A stretch of DNA of 64,000 nucleotides from an uncultured Bacteroidota bacterium (GCA_903883965.1 CAISCU010000008.1:3405-67404); one strand, 5' to 3'; positions 39,146-50,213 are shown, counted from the first letter of the stretch. Numbers and translations are program-made. The notes: generated by a model not told the origin, from the sequence alone.

Positions 39146-42100
39146 GTGCAAGAATTTATTTGCCCTAAAACTATTTCATGCAAGATGAATATTAAATTAT
39201 TGTCTATTTTATTGGTATTTACCTGTTTTAACTTGTCTGCCCAGGTATTTGAAAACGTAAATTTAGCTGCTGGCATTGACAGCAACCAAACTCAGGTATT
39301 GGATGTACTAGATTTTAACAATGATGGCTGGGAAGATTTGTTGATGATCAACGACCAGCAAAAACAAGTCAAACTTTTTAAAAATGTATCAGGCAAATTT
39401 TATGAATCGACTGTTGCTGCTGGTTTACCAGTTATAACTGCATTTGATGAGTCGTTTGCGGCCTTTTCATTTGACTACAATGCTGATGGATTTCAAGACA
39501 TTTGTTTTGTTCAAAATGGATTTTTTTTACGTTTATTCAGAAACAACTGCGGCAATACCTTTTCTGAAACGACTGTTGGATTGGGTATTCCACAAGGCAT
39601 TCAAATGATCAATTCTCCTGCAAACGGAGATCCTATCATTCAAATTAGCGATATTGAAAGAGATGGAGATTTAGACTTGGTTTTTACCCGAATAGCTGCA
39701 CTTACAAACGATAGAATTGTAAGTGCACTCATCAATGATGGCAATCAGTTTACTGTTTTAACAGACTTGATTACTGGCTTTGGAAACTCTGCCAATCCTA
39801 TTTTGAGCATAGGTGATTTTGACAACAATGGCGCAGATGATATTTTAATCATTAAACGTACCAATGAAACAGCTGCAGATGAGATTTTCTTATATGAAAA
39901 TAATTTAAGCGGTGGGTTTTCCTTTTCGGGCGCTTCTACATTTCCATTGTGCTCAAATATTGGTTTTGCCAATTTAACAGATTTAAACAATGATGGGCTT
40001 TTAGATATATTATTGGGAACCAAAGAAGTTTTAGGAGTTGGTTCAACAAACAACAGAAATAAAGTGTTCTTTAATGCTGGCAATTTTACTTTCACTGATG
40101 CCACTTTGGCTTATGACACTTATGAAACAGGTAATAACAAAGATTATATCAACTCATTTGTTTTTGACTTAGAAAACGATGGGGATTTGGATGTATTTTG
40201 GCAAACCAGAAGTAATTTACTCAGCAGCGACTCTACCCTACCCATTTTACAAGTAAACAATGGGAGTAATGTATTTACAGCACAACAAAACAATTACTTA
40301 AATGCTGCTTTTTACAATTCAATGGCTTCAAAAAAATTCATGCTTTTTGATTACAACAACGATGGCTTGTTAGATATATTTAAATTTGGAGATGCCAATA
40401 AGTGTGAGTCGGGGCAACTGTTAAAAAACACCAATAACAACCTGTTAAATAGGTTTATTAGTGTCAAATTATTGAGTTGCAACGGCAGTGCAGATGCAAG
40501 GGGCGCTAGATTGTATGTAAAAGCAGGAAATATTAAACGCCACAAACATTTTGGAAGCAATGCTTTGGGAGCCAATGCCAATTATGGATCTGAAAAAATG
40601 GTATTTGGGTTGGGCAAACAAAACATTGTAGACAGTTTAATCATTTATTGGCCAAATGGCAGCCAAACCATCAAAACCGGTTTTTCTATCAACCAACAAT
40701 ACACTTTCAGCAATGTTTATGGATGCAACAAAGGAGCTACATTGACCCTTAATTTGGGACCTGATACGTTGGTGAGTTGCAACCAAGATACTGTAAAAAT
40801 TATTGCACCATTGGGTTTTGATACTTATTTATGGAGCAATGGTTCTACAGACAGAACCAATGAAGTACTTAAAGAAGGTTGGTATACATGTACTGCCGGA
40901 ATGAGCAGTTCTCAATGTTTTGCTACTGATAGTATTTATGTAAAAATGGCTATTGGTAAAATTGTACAAAACGATACGTTATTGTGTGCCGGATCACCTC
41001 TTCTATTAAATGCATTTCCTACTTTTAATTGCAATCCATTTGGTGCGCCTCAGAAATTGATTGGCTATTTAGCTGGACAAACAATTAGTGGTTATCAGTA
41101 TTTGGGAAATTTTCAAGGCCATTATTATTATAAAGCATTGGCCCATTCAGGCTGGAACACAGCAGCACAACAAGCATTGAATGCAGGAGGCAATTTAGCG
41201 GTCATCAATTCTGAAGCAGAACAACGTTTTTTATTGGCAATGGCTGACAATAATTTATGGCTTGGTTTATTCCGAGATGCCAGCAATAGGAGTTTTCGTT
41301 GGATGAATTGCGACCGTTTAGATTACAGCAATTTCAAAACCAATGAACCAACGGATATGGTTGGCGAAGACTATATTTATTTACAAAACAAGAATTGTGT
41401 AAATGCCGGATTTTGGCAACAACATACCGAGTCTGATAACCTATTAGCTGATACTTGTTTAAATACTATGTATGGCTTATTGGAAATTGACCCAGAGGTT
41501 TTCAGTATTGCCTATACTTGGTCTACAGGAGCTACATCCCCTTCAATTGTAGTATCTCCAAACAATGATGCAACTTATTTATTGAGTGTAAAAAAAGGAA
41601 ATACAACCTGTACTGATGCCGTAAAAATTACCATACCTAAAATTAATGGTATCATTAGCAGCGATACTTTAAAAACATGTAACCAAGACAGTGTTTGGAT
41701 TCAAGCTCAAAATGGATTCAATACCTATTTATGGAATACCGGGGCAACAAGTGCTTCAATCTATGCAACTACCAGTGGTTGGCACAAAGTAAAAGTAAGT
41801 AGCAATGGAGGCTGTTTTGGATTTGACAGTGTGTATGCACTCATTAACAATGCTTCTATTAGAACACCAGATACAGCAATTTGTATCAATACCCCATTTC
41901 AAATTCGTGGCCCTAAAACTCCCGCATTTTTTGTAGATTATTATAGCGAAAACTTTTCGGGCCTACCTCCTTTTAATGGTTTTAATAAGCAATCTACTTT
42001 TACATTCAATGGCAGTAAAGTTTTAGGATTCTTTCATAACGATACCTTGCAATTTAAACTCGGCAAATTGATTGCACACGATTCAGTAGAAATTGCTTTT

Positions 42101-44719
42101 GATTTATACATTCACGATACTTGGGAAGGGGATTGTTCTATTACAGGACCCGATCAATTGGCTTGGCAATTAGACCAACAAGATGCCACAGTCAATACTT
42201 TTTCTAACAATGCCGGCTGCACCCAAAGTTATTCAACATTTGCCCAAGGGAATTTTCCTGCAAAACAAGATGCTGCTACAGTTGGCTTAGCTAGAAGGTG
42301 CTTTAACGACCCATCTGCCAATTCTACATTGTATAGAATTAGTAAAAAATTCGCACACCAAGACACTGCTTTACAATTCAAATGGATTGGCACATTGGTA
42401 GATACCGAATTGGTTGCTTGTAACGAAAGCTGGAGCATAGACAATGTTCAAATTAGACTCAGAAAAGCAACAGGTATTTTGTGGTCAACAGGCGACACTA
42501 CAGAAAACATTCAGGTTCATGGTTTATTAACCAATGCTACTTATTGGGCCAGAGTTGGAACTCCTGGAAACTATTGTTTCGATACTGTGAAAGTAACTGT
42601 GAACAATAAATTATCAATCAATTTCTTACCCGACACCACTTATTATTGCGGCAATTTAGCCTACGACATTCAAGCACCAGATGGTTTTGAAAAATACAGT
42701 TGGAGTAACGGAGATCAAACAGCAAATACACAATTCAAACAAGCAACTTGGTATAGAGTTACAATTAATAAAGGTGGTTGTGCAGGAACAGATAGTTCAT
42801 TCTTTGCCATTAACAGAGCCCAATTAAGCCAAGATACTTTTAACCAAGTTTGTATGAACAATCCAACTTTGTTTAACATCAATTGGAACGACAACTGCAA
42901 TCCATATGGCGGACCTGTAAGAAACAAATACACCAATGGGAGCAACCTACCAGGCTATACTTATTTAGGTAGGTATTTAGGACATTATTATTATGCAGCA
43001 ACTACCCGAAGCAATTGGTCTGATGCAGCAAAAAAAGCACTTTCGGTTGGCGGGTACCTTGCAATAATCAATGATACTGCTGAACAAAAATTCATTCAAA
43101 AAATTGTTAAAAAGAATGTTTGGTTAGGCATGATGCGCAACCAAAACAATGAATTTGTTTGGATGAATTGTGACCCTGCAACTTATACCAACTGGAACTC
43201 TAATGCGCCATCAAACAACCAAGGAGAAGATTTTGTGTATATGATGAACAGTGCTTGTGCAGAACCATTTACTTGGAACACCATGCTTGATGATGACAAT
43301 GCTGCAAACGACCCTTGTTACTCACAAATTTATGGCTTGCTCGAAATTGTAGAAAACAAAAATAAAGTTACTTGGCTTCCTAGTAACCAAATAGGAGACA
43401 GTTTGTTATTGATCCCTAAAATCAGCCAACAATTTACTGCAATTCCTAAGGCATACAATTATGTTGGAGATGGCGCTTGTGCTTTTCAAATACGCACAGT
43501 GGTTGAACCCAATAATTTTCATTTCAGTTTCGACTCTATTGTTAAACTATCATGTGAGTCTGACACCATTATTTTAACTGCACCTGATGGATTTGACAAT
43601 TACAATTGGAGCAATGGAGAAACTGGCAATCCAATTGTATTAAAAGATTATACAGGATGGATTTATTGCGAGGTTGTAAACAACAATTGTAGATTCAAAG
43701 ACAGCGTTTGGATAGAATTGAATCCACCACTTAAAATAAGTATAAGCAAAGAAGACATTACCTGTTACAATGACAACAATGGCGTTCTAAAAGTGAAGGC
43801 GATTGGTGGCAAAGGAAAAATTAGGTTCAATTGGCAGCCCGGAAATTACAATGATACCCTATACCAAAACATTGGACCGGGCACCTATACCGTTACTGCA
43901 AGTGATGAGTATGGTTGTTCGGTTATAGATAGTGCTCAAATTACCAATCCAACATCGGCCATTCAATTACAATTGAGTGTTAAATTACCAATAACTTGTT
44001 TTGGAAAAACAAATGGCAGTGTAAAAGCAATTGTGAGTGGTGGTGCAACTCCTTATCAAAATTCAGGTTGGGTTGGATATGGATCTAGTCAGCAATTGGT
44101 GCAATTGCCAAAAGGATTCTACACATATTCCATTACTGACCAAAGAGGTTGTATCAAAACAGACAGCATTGAATTAATAGAACCAGAACCAGTTGCAATT
44201 AGTGCAGAAGTTTTGAAACAATTGGTTTGTGAATCGGATACAGATGGTTTGGTATTGCTCACTCCTTATGGAGGTAGAGCGCCTTATCGTTTTACATGGA
44301 ATGGAAAAGCAACCAAAGATTCTTTAATGAGAAGTTTACAAGCTGGTAATTTCAAAGCTGTAGTTACCGATTCAATGGGATGTAAAGATTCTGTTGAGCT
44401 AAGTCTCGATGGAATTCCTACCTATAAATGTGGTTTGTTTTTCCCTGAAGGTTTCTCTCCAAATGGGGATGGTAAAAATGACTTCTTCATGATCAAAGGA
44501 ATATTGGATTTTCCAGAAAATGAATTGAGCATCTATAACCGTTGGGGTGAATTGGTTTACCACACCTTCAACTACAACAATACTTGGGACGGAAAAGCAT
44601 CAGTTAATTCTTTGATGAGTGGCAACAATGGGTATTTGCCCAACGACACCTATTACTATGTATTTACAAGCAAATCTAATAACAAATCTTTCAGTGGATA
44701 TATTTATCTCATTAGATAA
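39146..44719 (+). CDS. giant T9SS type-B cargo: FG-GAP beta-propeller + ASPIC/UnbV (CRTAC1-like) + 2x C-type lectin + Ig-like modules + SprB repeats + gliding-motility C-terminal domain
   Basis: At least 7 FG-GAP/VCBS loops (DFNNDGWEDL, DYNADGFQDI, DIERDGDLDL, DFDNNGADDI, DLNNDGLLDI, DLENDGDLDV, DYNNDGLLDI). UnbV-like 'ARGARLYVKAG...GLGKQNIVDSLIIYWPNG'. Lectin WIGL/WxD-like cores 'NLWLGLF...WMNCD' and 'NVWLGMM...WMNCD'. SprB-type 'ITCYNDNNG...GGKGKIRFNW'. CTD 'CGLFFPEGFSPNGDGKNDFF'. The likely start is Met at 39185 (MNIKLLSILLVF). Confidence 0.85.
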   Translation: MQEFICPKTISCKMNIKLLSILLVFTCFNLSAQVFENVNLAAGIDSNQTQVLDVLDFNNDGWEDLLMINDQQKQVKLFKNVSGKFYESTVAAGLPVITAFDESFAAFSFDYNADGFQDICFVQNGFFLRLFRNNCGNTFSETTVGLGIPQGIQMINSPANGDPIIQISDIERDGDLDLVFTRIAALTNDRIVSALINDGNQFTVLTDLITGFGNSANPILSIGDFDNNGADDILIIKRTNETAADEIFLYENNLSGGFSFSGASTFPLCSNIGFANLTDLNNDGLLDILLGTKEVLGVGSTNNRNKVFFNAGNFTFTDATLAYDTYETGNNKDYINSFVFDLENDGDLDVFWQTRSNLLSSDSTLPILQVNNGSNVFTAQQNNYLNAAFYNSMASKKFMLFDYNNDGLLDIFKFGDANKCESGQLLKNTNNNLLNRFISVKLLSCNGSADARGARLYVKAGNIKRHKHFGSNALGANANYGSEKMVFGLGKQNIVDSLIIYWPNGSQTIKTGFSINQQYTFSNVYGCNKGATLTLNLGPDTLVSCNQDTVKIIAPLGFDTYLWSNGSTDRTNEVLKEGWYTCTAGMSSSQCFATDSIYVKMAIGKIVQNDTLLCAGSPLLLNAFPTFNCNPFGAPQKLIGYLAGQTISGYQYLGNFQGHYYYKALAHSGWNTAAQQALNAGGNLAVINSEAEQRFLLAMADNNLWLGLFRDASNRSFRWMNCDRLDYSNFKTNEPTDMVGEDYIYLQNKNCVNAGFWQQHTESDNLLADTCLNTMYGLLEIDPEVFSIAYTWSTGATSPSIVVSPNNDATYLLSVKKGNTTCTDAVKITIPKINGIISSDTLKTCNQDSVWIQAQNGFNTYLWNTGATSASIYATTSGWHKVKVSSNGGCFGFDSVYALINNASIRTPDTAICINTPFQIRGPKTPAFFVDYYSENFSGLPPFNGFNKQSTFTFNGSKVLGFFHNDTLQFKLGKLIAHDSVEIAFDLYIHDTWEGDCSITGPDQLAWQLDQQDATVNTFSNNAGCTQSYSTFAQGNFPAKQDAATVGLARRCFNDPSANSTLYRISKKFAHQDTALQFKWIGTLVDTELVACNESWSIDNVQIRLRKATGILWSTGDTTENIQVHGLLTNATYWARVGTPGNYCFDTVKVTVNNKLSINFLPDTTYYCGNLAYDIQAPDGFEKYSWSNGDQTANTQFKQATWYRVTINKGGCAGTDSSFFAINRAQLSQDTFNQVCMNNPTLFNINWNDNCNPYGGPVRNKYTNGSNLPGYTYLGRYLGHYYYAATTRSNWSDAAKKALSVGGYLAIINDTAEQKFIQKIVKKNVWLGMMRNQNNEFVWMNCDPATYTNWNSNAPSNNQGEDFVYMMNSACAEPFTWNTMLDDDNAANDPCYSQIYGLLEIVENKNKVTWLPSNQIGDSLLLIPKISQQFTAIPKAYNYVGDGACAFQIRTVVEPNNFHFSFDSIVKLSCESDTIILTAPDGFDNYNWSNGETGNPIVLKDYTGWIYCEVVNNNCRFKDSVWIELNPPLKISISKEDITCYNDNNGVLKVKAIGGKGKIRFNWQPGNYNDTLYQNIGPGTYTVTASDEYGCSVIDSAQITNPTSAIQLQLSVKLPITCFGKTNGSVKAIVSGGATPYQNSGWVGYGSSQQLVQLPKGFYTYSITDQRGCIKTDSIELIEPEPVAISAEVLKQLVCESDTDGLVLLTPYGGRAPYRFTWNGKATKDSLMRSLQAGNFKAVVTDSMGCKDSVELSLDGIPTYKCGLFFPEGFSPNGDGKNDFFMIKGILDFPENELSIYNRWGELVYHTFNYNNTWDGKASVNSLMSGNNGYLPNDTYYYVFTSKSNNKSFSGYIYLIR

Positions 44720-44730
44720 CCAGATTAAAC

Positions 44731-45732
44731 ATGAAGCAGATTAGACAAAGTATATTGACTCTCCTTGGAATGACTTGTATGTTGCAAATGCAAGCACAAA
44801 TCAATTCTGGAAACAATCAATTCTTATTTAACCCAGCAGGTATCAATCCTGCCATTGCTGGATTAATGAACAATCAATTGCAATTAGGCTATGAAGCCAG
44901 GTGGGTGGGTATTCAGGGAGCTCCACAAACGGTATTTTTGGCATATGACCGTGTATTCAGTGAAAATACAGGATGGAATGCCGCTGTATACAGTGACCAT
45001 GCTGGACCTGTTAGTACTGTTGCCTTGAGCAATGCATTTGCCTACCATTTAAACTTAAGTAGCACTGTTAATTTATCAATGGGCATGAAACATGTGCTCA
45101 GTCAAAGTTATTTGTCATTGGGAAACCAAAAAGTTACCGATAATGATGACATTTTACTCTCGGGAAATTTAAACGGTATTCCTGTTAATAATTTTGATGC
45201 AGGATTGTCTGTTTACAAACCCGATCAATTTTTAATTGGCATGAGTTGCTCTAATTTAATACCTCAGAAAAGATACCGTTTTATTCAAGCAACAGAGCAA
45301 CCTGTATTATCAATGCATGCTTGGTACAATACAGCCATCAATAATCATTTGTCTATAGAAGCTACAGCATTGGCAAATGTTGCTACCAATATTCCTCTGA
45401 ACATTCAATTTTCAGGAATGCTTGTATTAGACAAAACATTAGGTGTAGGCATTGATTTTTCTCCAAGCAACCAAATTGGAGCCATGGTATATATTAAAAC
45501 AAAAGACCGTTTGAATTTATTCTACAATTACAATTTGCCAGCTACCCAAATTTTTGCGGTAAGCAAACAAAACCATGCCATAGGATTGAGTTACCGTTTT
45601 GGGAAAGACCCTGCAGCAAGTAAAACTTTTTTTATTCAAAGCTATGGCTTGGTAAAGAAGCCTGCTAAATTAGCAGTAACTCCAGCTACTCAAAATGTAA
45701 AAACAGAAACTGCTCAACCCAAAACAAAATGA
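44731..45732 (+). CDS. PorP/SprF-family T9SS membrane protein (cognate of the upstream type-B cargo)
   Basis: N-terminus 'NQFLFNPAGINPAIAG' matches the PorP/SprF start motif. Positioned 12 nt after the cargo gene. Confidence 0.8.
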   Translation: MKQIRQSILTLLGMTCMLQMQAQINSGNNQFLFNPAGINPAIAGLMNNQLQLGYEARWVGIQGAPQTVFLAYDRVFSENTGWNAAVYSDHAGPVSTVALSNAFAYHLNLSSTVNLSMGMKHVLSQSYLSLGNQKVTDNDDILLSGNLNGIPVNNFDAGLSVYKPDQFLIGMSCSNLIPQKRYRFIQATEQPVLSMHAWYNTAINNHLSIEATALANVATNIPLNIQFSGMLVLDKTLGVGIDFSPSNQIGAMVYIKTKDRLNLFYNYNLPATQIFAVSKQNHAIGLSYRFGKDPAASKTFFIQSYGLVKKPAKLAVTPATQNVKTETAQPKTK

Positions 45733-46211
45733 GCTTTTAATTTTTCAAGTGCTTTAGCTACTGCTGGGCAAATTAAACTGTTGTGGTAGGTGATGCCTAA
45801 TTTCTGAATGCAATTTCTTTGATGCAAATGAGGATATTCTCTGCATGCATTGGGACGGTCTTCATAAATGCCACAGTATTTATCTGCTCCTAGAAATGGG
45901 CAAGGCATTGCTTTAAAAATGTAATCTCCGTCTTCATCAATTCTCAAATACTTTTCTGTAAAAATAGCCGGTCTGAGTTGTTGGGTTTTGGCCATCCGAT
46001 CTATGTCTTTATTCAATAACATAGGACCCGTTGTGGCACAACAATTGGCACACTGTAAACAATCAATCTCTTCAAATACCTCATCGTTGATGCTTTGAAA
46101 CAATTGGTCTAAACCCGCTGGCTTTTGCTTTTTTAATCGCTCTAGAAACTTTTTATTCTCGCCTTTTTTATTGGCCGATTGTTGGAGTATTTTTTGATAT
46201 GCCTCAATCAT
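45714..46211 (-). CDS. YkgJ-family cysteine-cluster protein
   Basis: 'CLQCANCCATTGP' and 'CPFLG...KYCGIYEDRPNACREYP'. Confidence 0.7.
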   Translation of the reverse strand: MIEAYQKILQQSANKKGENKKFLERLKKQKPAGLDQLFQSINDEVFEEIDCLQCANCCATTGPMLLNKDIDRMAKTQQLRPAIFTEKYLRIDEDGDYIFKAMPCPFLGADKYCGIYEDRPNACREYPHLHQRNCIQKLGITYHNSLICPAVAKALEKLKAHFVLG

Positions 46212-46222
46212 CGTTACAAAAA

Positions 46223-47437
46223 TTAAGAAGGGTTCAATTCATGCCCCATTTTTTCTTTTTTGGTATCGAGGTATTTTTTGTTGTGTAAATTTGGATGCGT
46301 AGTAATTGGAACATTTTCTACAATTTCTAAACCATAACCAATTAGTCCAGCCCTTTTAGTTGGGTTATTGGTCATTAAACGCATTTTTTGTATACCCAAA
46401 TCTCTCAATATCTGAGCGCCTACTCCGTAATCGCGTTCATCCATTTTAAACCCTAATTGCAAATTGGCTTCAACTGTATCTAATCCTTGTTCTTGTAGTT
46501 TGTAAGCTTTTAATTTATTAATTAAACCAATTCCCCTACCCTCCTGATTGATGTACAAAACAACTCCCTTCCCTTCATTTTCAATCATTTTCATGGCTTG
46601 GTGTAATTGATCACCACAATCACAACGCATCGAATGAAAAATATCACCCGTAATACAAGATGAGTGCACACGAACCAAAACAGGTTCATCCTTTTCCCAG
46701 GTACCTTTTTGTAAAACAAGGTGTTCTTCTCCTGTATCTTTTTGTTGGTAGGCTGTTAGAATAAACTCCCCATATTGAGTGGGCATTTCAACAGAAATCA
46801 CTTTCCTGACCAAAGATTCTTTTTCGAGCCTATAGGCAATCAACGCTTGAATGCTCACCAATTTCATATCAAATTTGGCTGCTATTTTTACCAAATCAGG
46901 TACCCTGGCCATAGAGCCGTCTTCGTTCATAATTTCTACAATACATCCTGCAGGTTCAAATCCTGCCAATCGGGCAAAATCAATGGCCGCTTCTGTATGA
47001 CCTGCTCTTCTGAGTACCCCTTCTTTTCTGGCTTTTAACGGAAAAATATGCCCTGGTTTGCCAAAATCTTCTGGTTGTGTATTGGGGTCAACCAAGGCCT
47101 GAAAAGTTTTGGCTCTGTCATGGGCAGAAATACCCGTTGTACAACCTTTACCCAATAAATCAATCGAAACAGTAAATGGCGTTCCGTGTGAGGTGGTATT
47201 GTCATTTACCATTAAATCTAATTTGAGTGCTTCGCACCTTTCTTCAACCAATGGTGCACAAATTAAACCCCTACCTTCTTTACTCATAAAATTGATAATT
47301 TCAGGAGTTACATTTCTGGCGGCAGTTAAAAAATCACCTTCATTTTCACGGTCTTCATCATCAACTACAATGATCATTTTGCCTTGACGAATGTCTTCTA
47401 TTGCTTCTTCAATGGTATTAAATTGTATGCGTTCCAT
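46223..47437 (-). CDS. ribBA: bifunctional 3,4-dihydroxy-2-butanone-4-phosphate synthase / GTP cyclohydrolase II
   Basis: DHBP synthase N-half '[13 protein letters not shown]'; GTP cyclohydrolase II 'CDCGDQL'. Confidence 0.9.
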   Translation of the reverse strand: MERIQFNTIEEAIEDIRQGKMIIVVDDEDRENEGDFLTAARNVTPEIINFMSKEGRGLICAPLVEERCEALKLDLMVNDNTTSHGTPFTVSIDLLGKGCTTGISAHDRAKTFQALVDPNTQPEDFGKPGHIFPLKARKEGVLRRAGHTEAAIDFARLAGFEPAGCIVEIMNEDGSMARVPDLVKIAAKFDMKLVSIQALIAYRLEKESLVRKVISVEMPTQYGEFILTAYQQKDTGEEHLVLQKGTWEKDEPVLVRVHSSCITGDIFHSMRCDCGDQLHQAMKMIENEGKGVVLYINQEGRGIGLINKLKAYKLQEQGLDTVEANLQLGFKMDERDYGVGAQILRDLGIQKMRLMTNNPTKRAGLIGYGLEIVENVPITTHPNLHNKKYLDTKKEKMGHELNPS

Positions 47438-48644
47438 TTTTATGTTTTTTTATACTTTGGTAAAAACTCAGGAGTTTTTGTATCACAGCCTTGCTTTCAT
47501 ATTGTTCTTCTATGAGTAACCTAGCAGCTATACTTGTTTGTTTAATTAACAATGGATTGGCCAACAAGTTTGAAATAACTGCTATAAAATCAGAAGCTGT
47601 TTCAGCTTGGTGTATGTGTTTTCCATTTTGGGCATCTATTCCACAATAACCCAGTTGGGTAGAAACAATACATTTTCCGAGTGCCATGCCTTCTAATATT
47701 TTTACCCGAATGCCACTTCCTGAAAAAAGTGGAACTATCATCAAAGTTGCAGTTTGCATGAGTTCAATAGCATCTTCAACTTCTCCCAATACATCAATTC
47801 CATTTCCTTGATAAGCAAAAAAATGCGTTGGCATATTCCTTCCTGCAATTTTAAAAAGCAATTCGGAATGTTGTTTTTTGAGAGAGGGCCATACCTCTTT
47901 GATAAACCATTCAACAGCTTCTTGGTTTGGCATCCAATCCATAGAACCAATGTGTAAAATGGTTTGAGGAATGAGTTTGGTATAGTCTGGATTGAGCCTA
48001 TGAGTATCTATACCAGTTGGCGCTACATGATAAGGCTGTTGCAAGCCAAACTGTTTAAAATGCAAGGCATCAGTTTGAGTGACAAATGTCAAGGCATCAA
48101 AGGCATTCATAGAGCCCATTTCAAATTTCTGTAGTCTTTTTGCCAATATTTGCAGGTAATACCGCTTCAAAGGATTGGTAGTTTTGGATGCCAATCTTTG
48201 CCAAATTTCGTATTCTACATTGTGCGCCCTGAGTACACATTTTGCACGGCTATTCAATTGAACTGTTTTCAAATAAGGAGCCATGAAAATACTTTCAAAT
48301 ACCACCACATCAAACTCGGTTTTTTTCAACAATTCAGCCAAGGCCTTTTCAAAATCTTTGCTAATAAACCTGCTTACATGGTAAGATTGCGAGCTAAACA
48401 ATAAGTTCCCAAGTGCAGCCAATGGTTTAATATGGTTGTCTAGTGGCACCAAATGAAAGCTTGCTAAACTTTTAACATGCTCAGGCAATTGCTCAAATTC
48501 AATGTAATGTTTGCTTGTATTGAAGGTTAAAACAGTCAGCTCACAACCAGCATCGTGATACCCTTTTAAAAAATTGTAATAACCCAATGCGCCCCCATCT
48601 TTAAGTGGCCAAGGAAAGCGGTTCATGAGTTGCAAAATCTTCAT
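47418..48644 (-). CDS. glycosyltransferase family 4
   Basis: GT-B C-terminal '[23 protein letters not shown]'. Confidence 0.8.
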   Translation of the reverse strand: MKILQLMNRFPWPLKDGGALGYYNFLKGYHDAGCELTVLTFNTSKHYIEFEQLPEHVKSLASFHLVPLDNHIKPLAALGNLLFSSQSYHVSRFISKDFEKALAELLKKTEFDVVVFESIFMAPYLKTVQLNSRAKCVLRAHNVEYEIWQRLASKTTNPLKRYYLQILAKRLQKFEMGSMNAFDALTFVTQTDALHFKQFGLQQPYHVAPTGIDTHRLNPDYTKLIPQTILHIGSMDWMPNQEAVEWFIKEVWPSLKKQHSELLFKIAGRNMPTHFFAYQGNGIDVLGEVEDAIELMQTATLMIVPLFSGSGIRVKILEGMALGKCIVSTQLGYCGIDAQNGKHIHQAETASDFIAVISNLLANPLLIKQTSIAARLLIEEQYESKAVIQKLLSFYQSIKKHKNGTHTI

Positions 48645-50137
48645 ACCTTTGGAGATATTGAGGATGCTTTAAAAACCATTCTGACAACTTTTTTGTACCA
48701 ACCCATATCAAATATACCTGAATCAGTTGCTGCTTTCCAGGTTAAAAACAAGCCTAATGGAACAAAAACACCAACACCAAACCACATGCCTTCAAAAGGA
48801 GACCAAGCCATTGTTTTGGCTGCTTTTTCTCCAGATAGAGAAACAATATGGTAGCATACATACATCAATACTGAAACTACAATTGGCAAACCAAAACCTC
48901 CTTTTCGGATAATGGAACCTAAAGGCGCTCCAATGAAAAACATCACAATACACGCAAAAGACAAGATGAATTTTCGATGCCATTCTATGCGGTGTCTGGC
49001 GCGTAACTGTTCTAATTCCTTAAATTCGTTTAAACTGTACTCAACTACATTTCTGACAGTTCTTGCATTGTTGAGCGCATTGGTATAAACCATTCCAGTT
49101 TGGTTGCCAGACAAACTTGTTATAAAAACAGTATCTTTTAAAGGTGGAATGCTTTTACCAGTTAACAAATTTGCCATTGAATCGGCACCCAATTTTGTGA
49201 AAAAATAATAAGGTTGTATGAATTTATTGAGGTTACTGTATTTACCTTCAATTACCTCGTTAAGAGAATCGGTAGAATGCTCTAACTCCAATACATTCAA
49301 CATTTCAAAATGGTGTTTGAACAAATTTTCATCTGTTCGGCTAAACTTAAAACTATTTAAATCGAAGGTGATTTGTTCTTCAGTAAAAAAGGTTGATGTA
49401 TGTGGCCTTGATTGGTGGTATCCTTTTACTTTTTCTAATTCTTCATACCTCGATCCATCGTATAAAGTTAAAAACAAATAGCGATTGTCCTCACTCATTT
49501 TCATGATGCCTCTTTTGGCAAATAAAACAGTTGCCTGCAATTGGGTTTCACGGTGATCGTAAATGAGAATATTGTACAATTCCTGGGTTTTGTGATTTTT
49601 ACTCCCAATGCGCATAGTAATACCCGGTATATCTTGGCTAAACACTCCCTCTTTTAATGCCAATGCAGGTTTTTGTTGGCGAACATCATAGAGCAATGAG
49701 CTGCGTTTTAAATTGGCCATTGGGATTAAAATATTCGACACAAAAAAGCCAAATAGGGCAATCAAAAACATGAGCAAAAGCATGGGTTTAAACATGCGCC
49801 AGATAGAAATTCCTGAGGCTTTAGCTGCAACCAACTCGTAACTCTCTCCTAAATTACCAAAAGTCATGATAGAAGAAAGTAAAACCGATAATGGCAATGC
49901 CTGAGGGATTAAACTTGCCGAAAAATAAAAGAGCAATTCAGCTATCACAAACCAGTCAAGGCCTTTGCCAACTAACTCATCTACGTACAACCAAATGATT
50001 TGCATGAGCAATATCAGCATCACAATCAAAAAGGTTGGAATAAATGCCTTTAGGTAATTTCGTAATATAAATAGGTAAAATTTCTTCACGCTTACTGTGC
50101 TACAATTGGCTGCAAAAATGCTTAAATAATTTGACAA
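48641..50137 (-). CDS. LptF/LptG family LPS export permease
   Basis: YjgP/YjgQ architecture: N-terminal TM triplet, periplasmic beta-jellyroll, C-terminal TM triplet. Confidence 0.7.
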   Translation of the reverse strand: MSNYLSIFAANCSTVSVKKFYLFILRNYLKAFIPTFLIVMLILLMQIIWLYVDELVGKGLDWFVIAELLFYFSASLIPQALPLSVLLSSIMTFGNLGESYELVAAKASGISIWRMFKPMLLLMFLIALFGFFVSNILIPMANLKRSSLLYDVRQQKPALALKEGVFSQDIPGITMRIGSKNHKTQELYNILIYDHRETQLQATVLFAKRGIMKMSEDNRYLFLTLYDGSRYEELEKVKGYHQSRPHTSTFFTEEQITFDLNSFKFSRTDENLFKHHFEMLNVLELEHSTDSLNEVIEGKYSNLNKFIQPYYFFTKLGADSMANLLTGKSIPPLKDTVFITSLSGNQTGMVYTNALNNARTVRNVVEYSLNEFKELEQLRARHRIEWHRKFILSFACIVMFFIGAPLGSIIRKGGFGLPIVVSVLMYVCYHIVSLSGEKAAKTMAWSPFEGMWFGVGVFVPLGLFLTWKAATDSGIFDMGWYKKVVRMVFKASSISPKV

Positions 50138-50175
50138 TTGAAGCCATTTAGCTGATTTCTATGCATAAAACACAT

Positions 50176-50213
50176 AAAAAAACCCGAATTGCTCTTTGTT
50201 AAAGCAATCGGGT
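50176..50213 (-). terminator. rho-independent terminator on minus strand (cccgattgct...agcaattcggg + T7)
   Basis: Plus-strand 'aaaaaaacccgaattgctctttgttaaagcaatcggg', downstream of the 50237 gene. Confidence 0.55.

Noticed and set aside
41025-43350. Possible diversity-generating retroelement (DGR) targeting the two C-type-lectin modules
   Set aside because: No reverse transcriptase ORF anywhere in the window. The two CLec regions are only ~50% identical at protein level and are clearly not near-identical TR/VR nucleotide copies differing at adenines.
47418-47500. FMN riboswitch upstream of ribBA
   Set aside because: The ribBA start overlaps the stop of the upstream GT4 gene. There is no leader space for a riboswitch.
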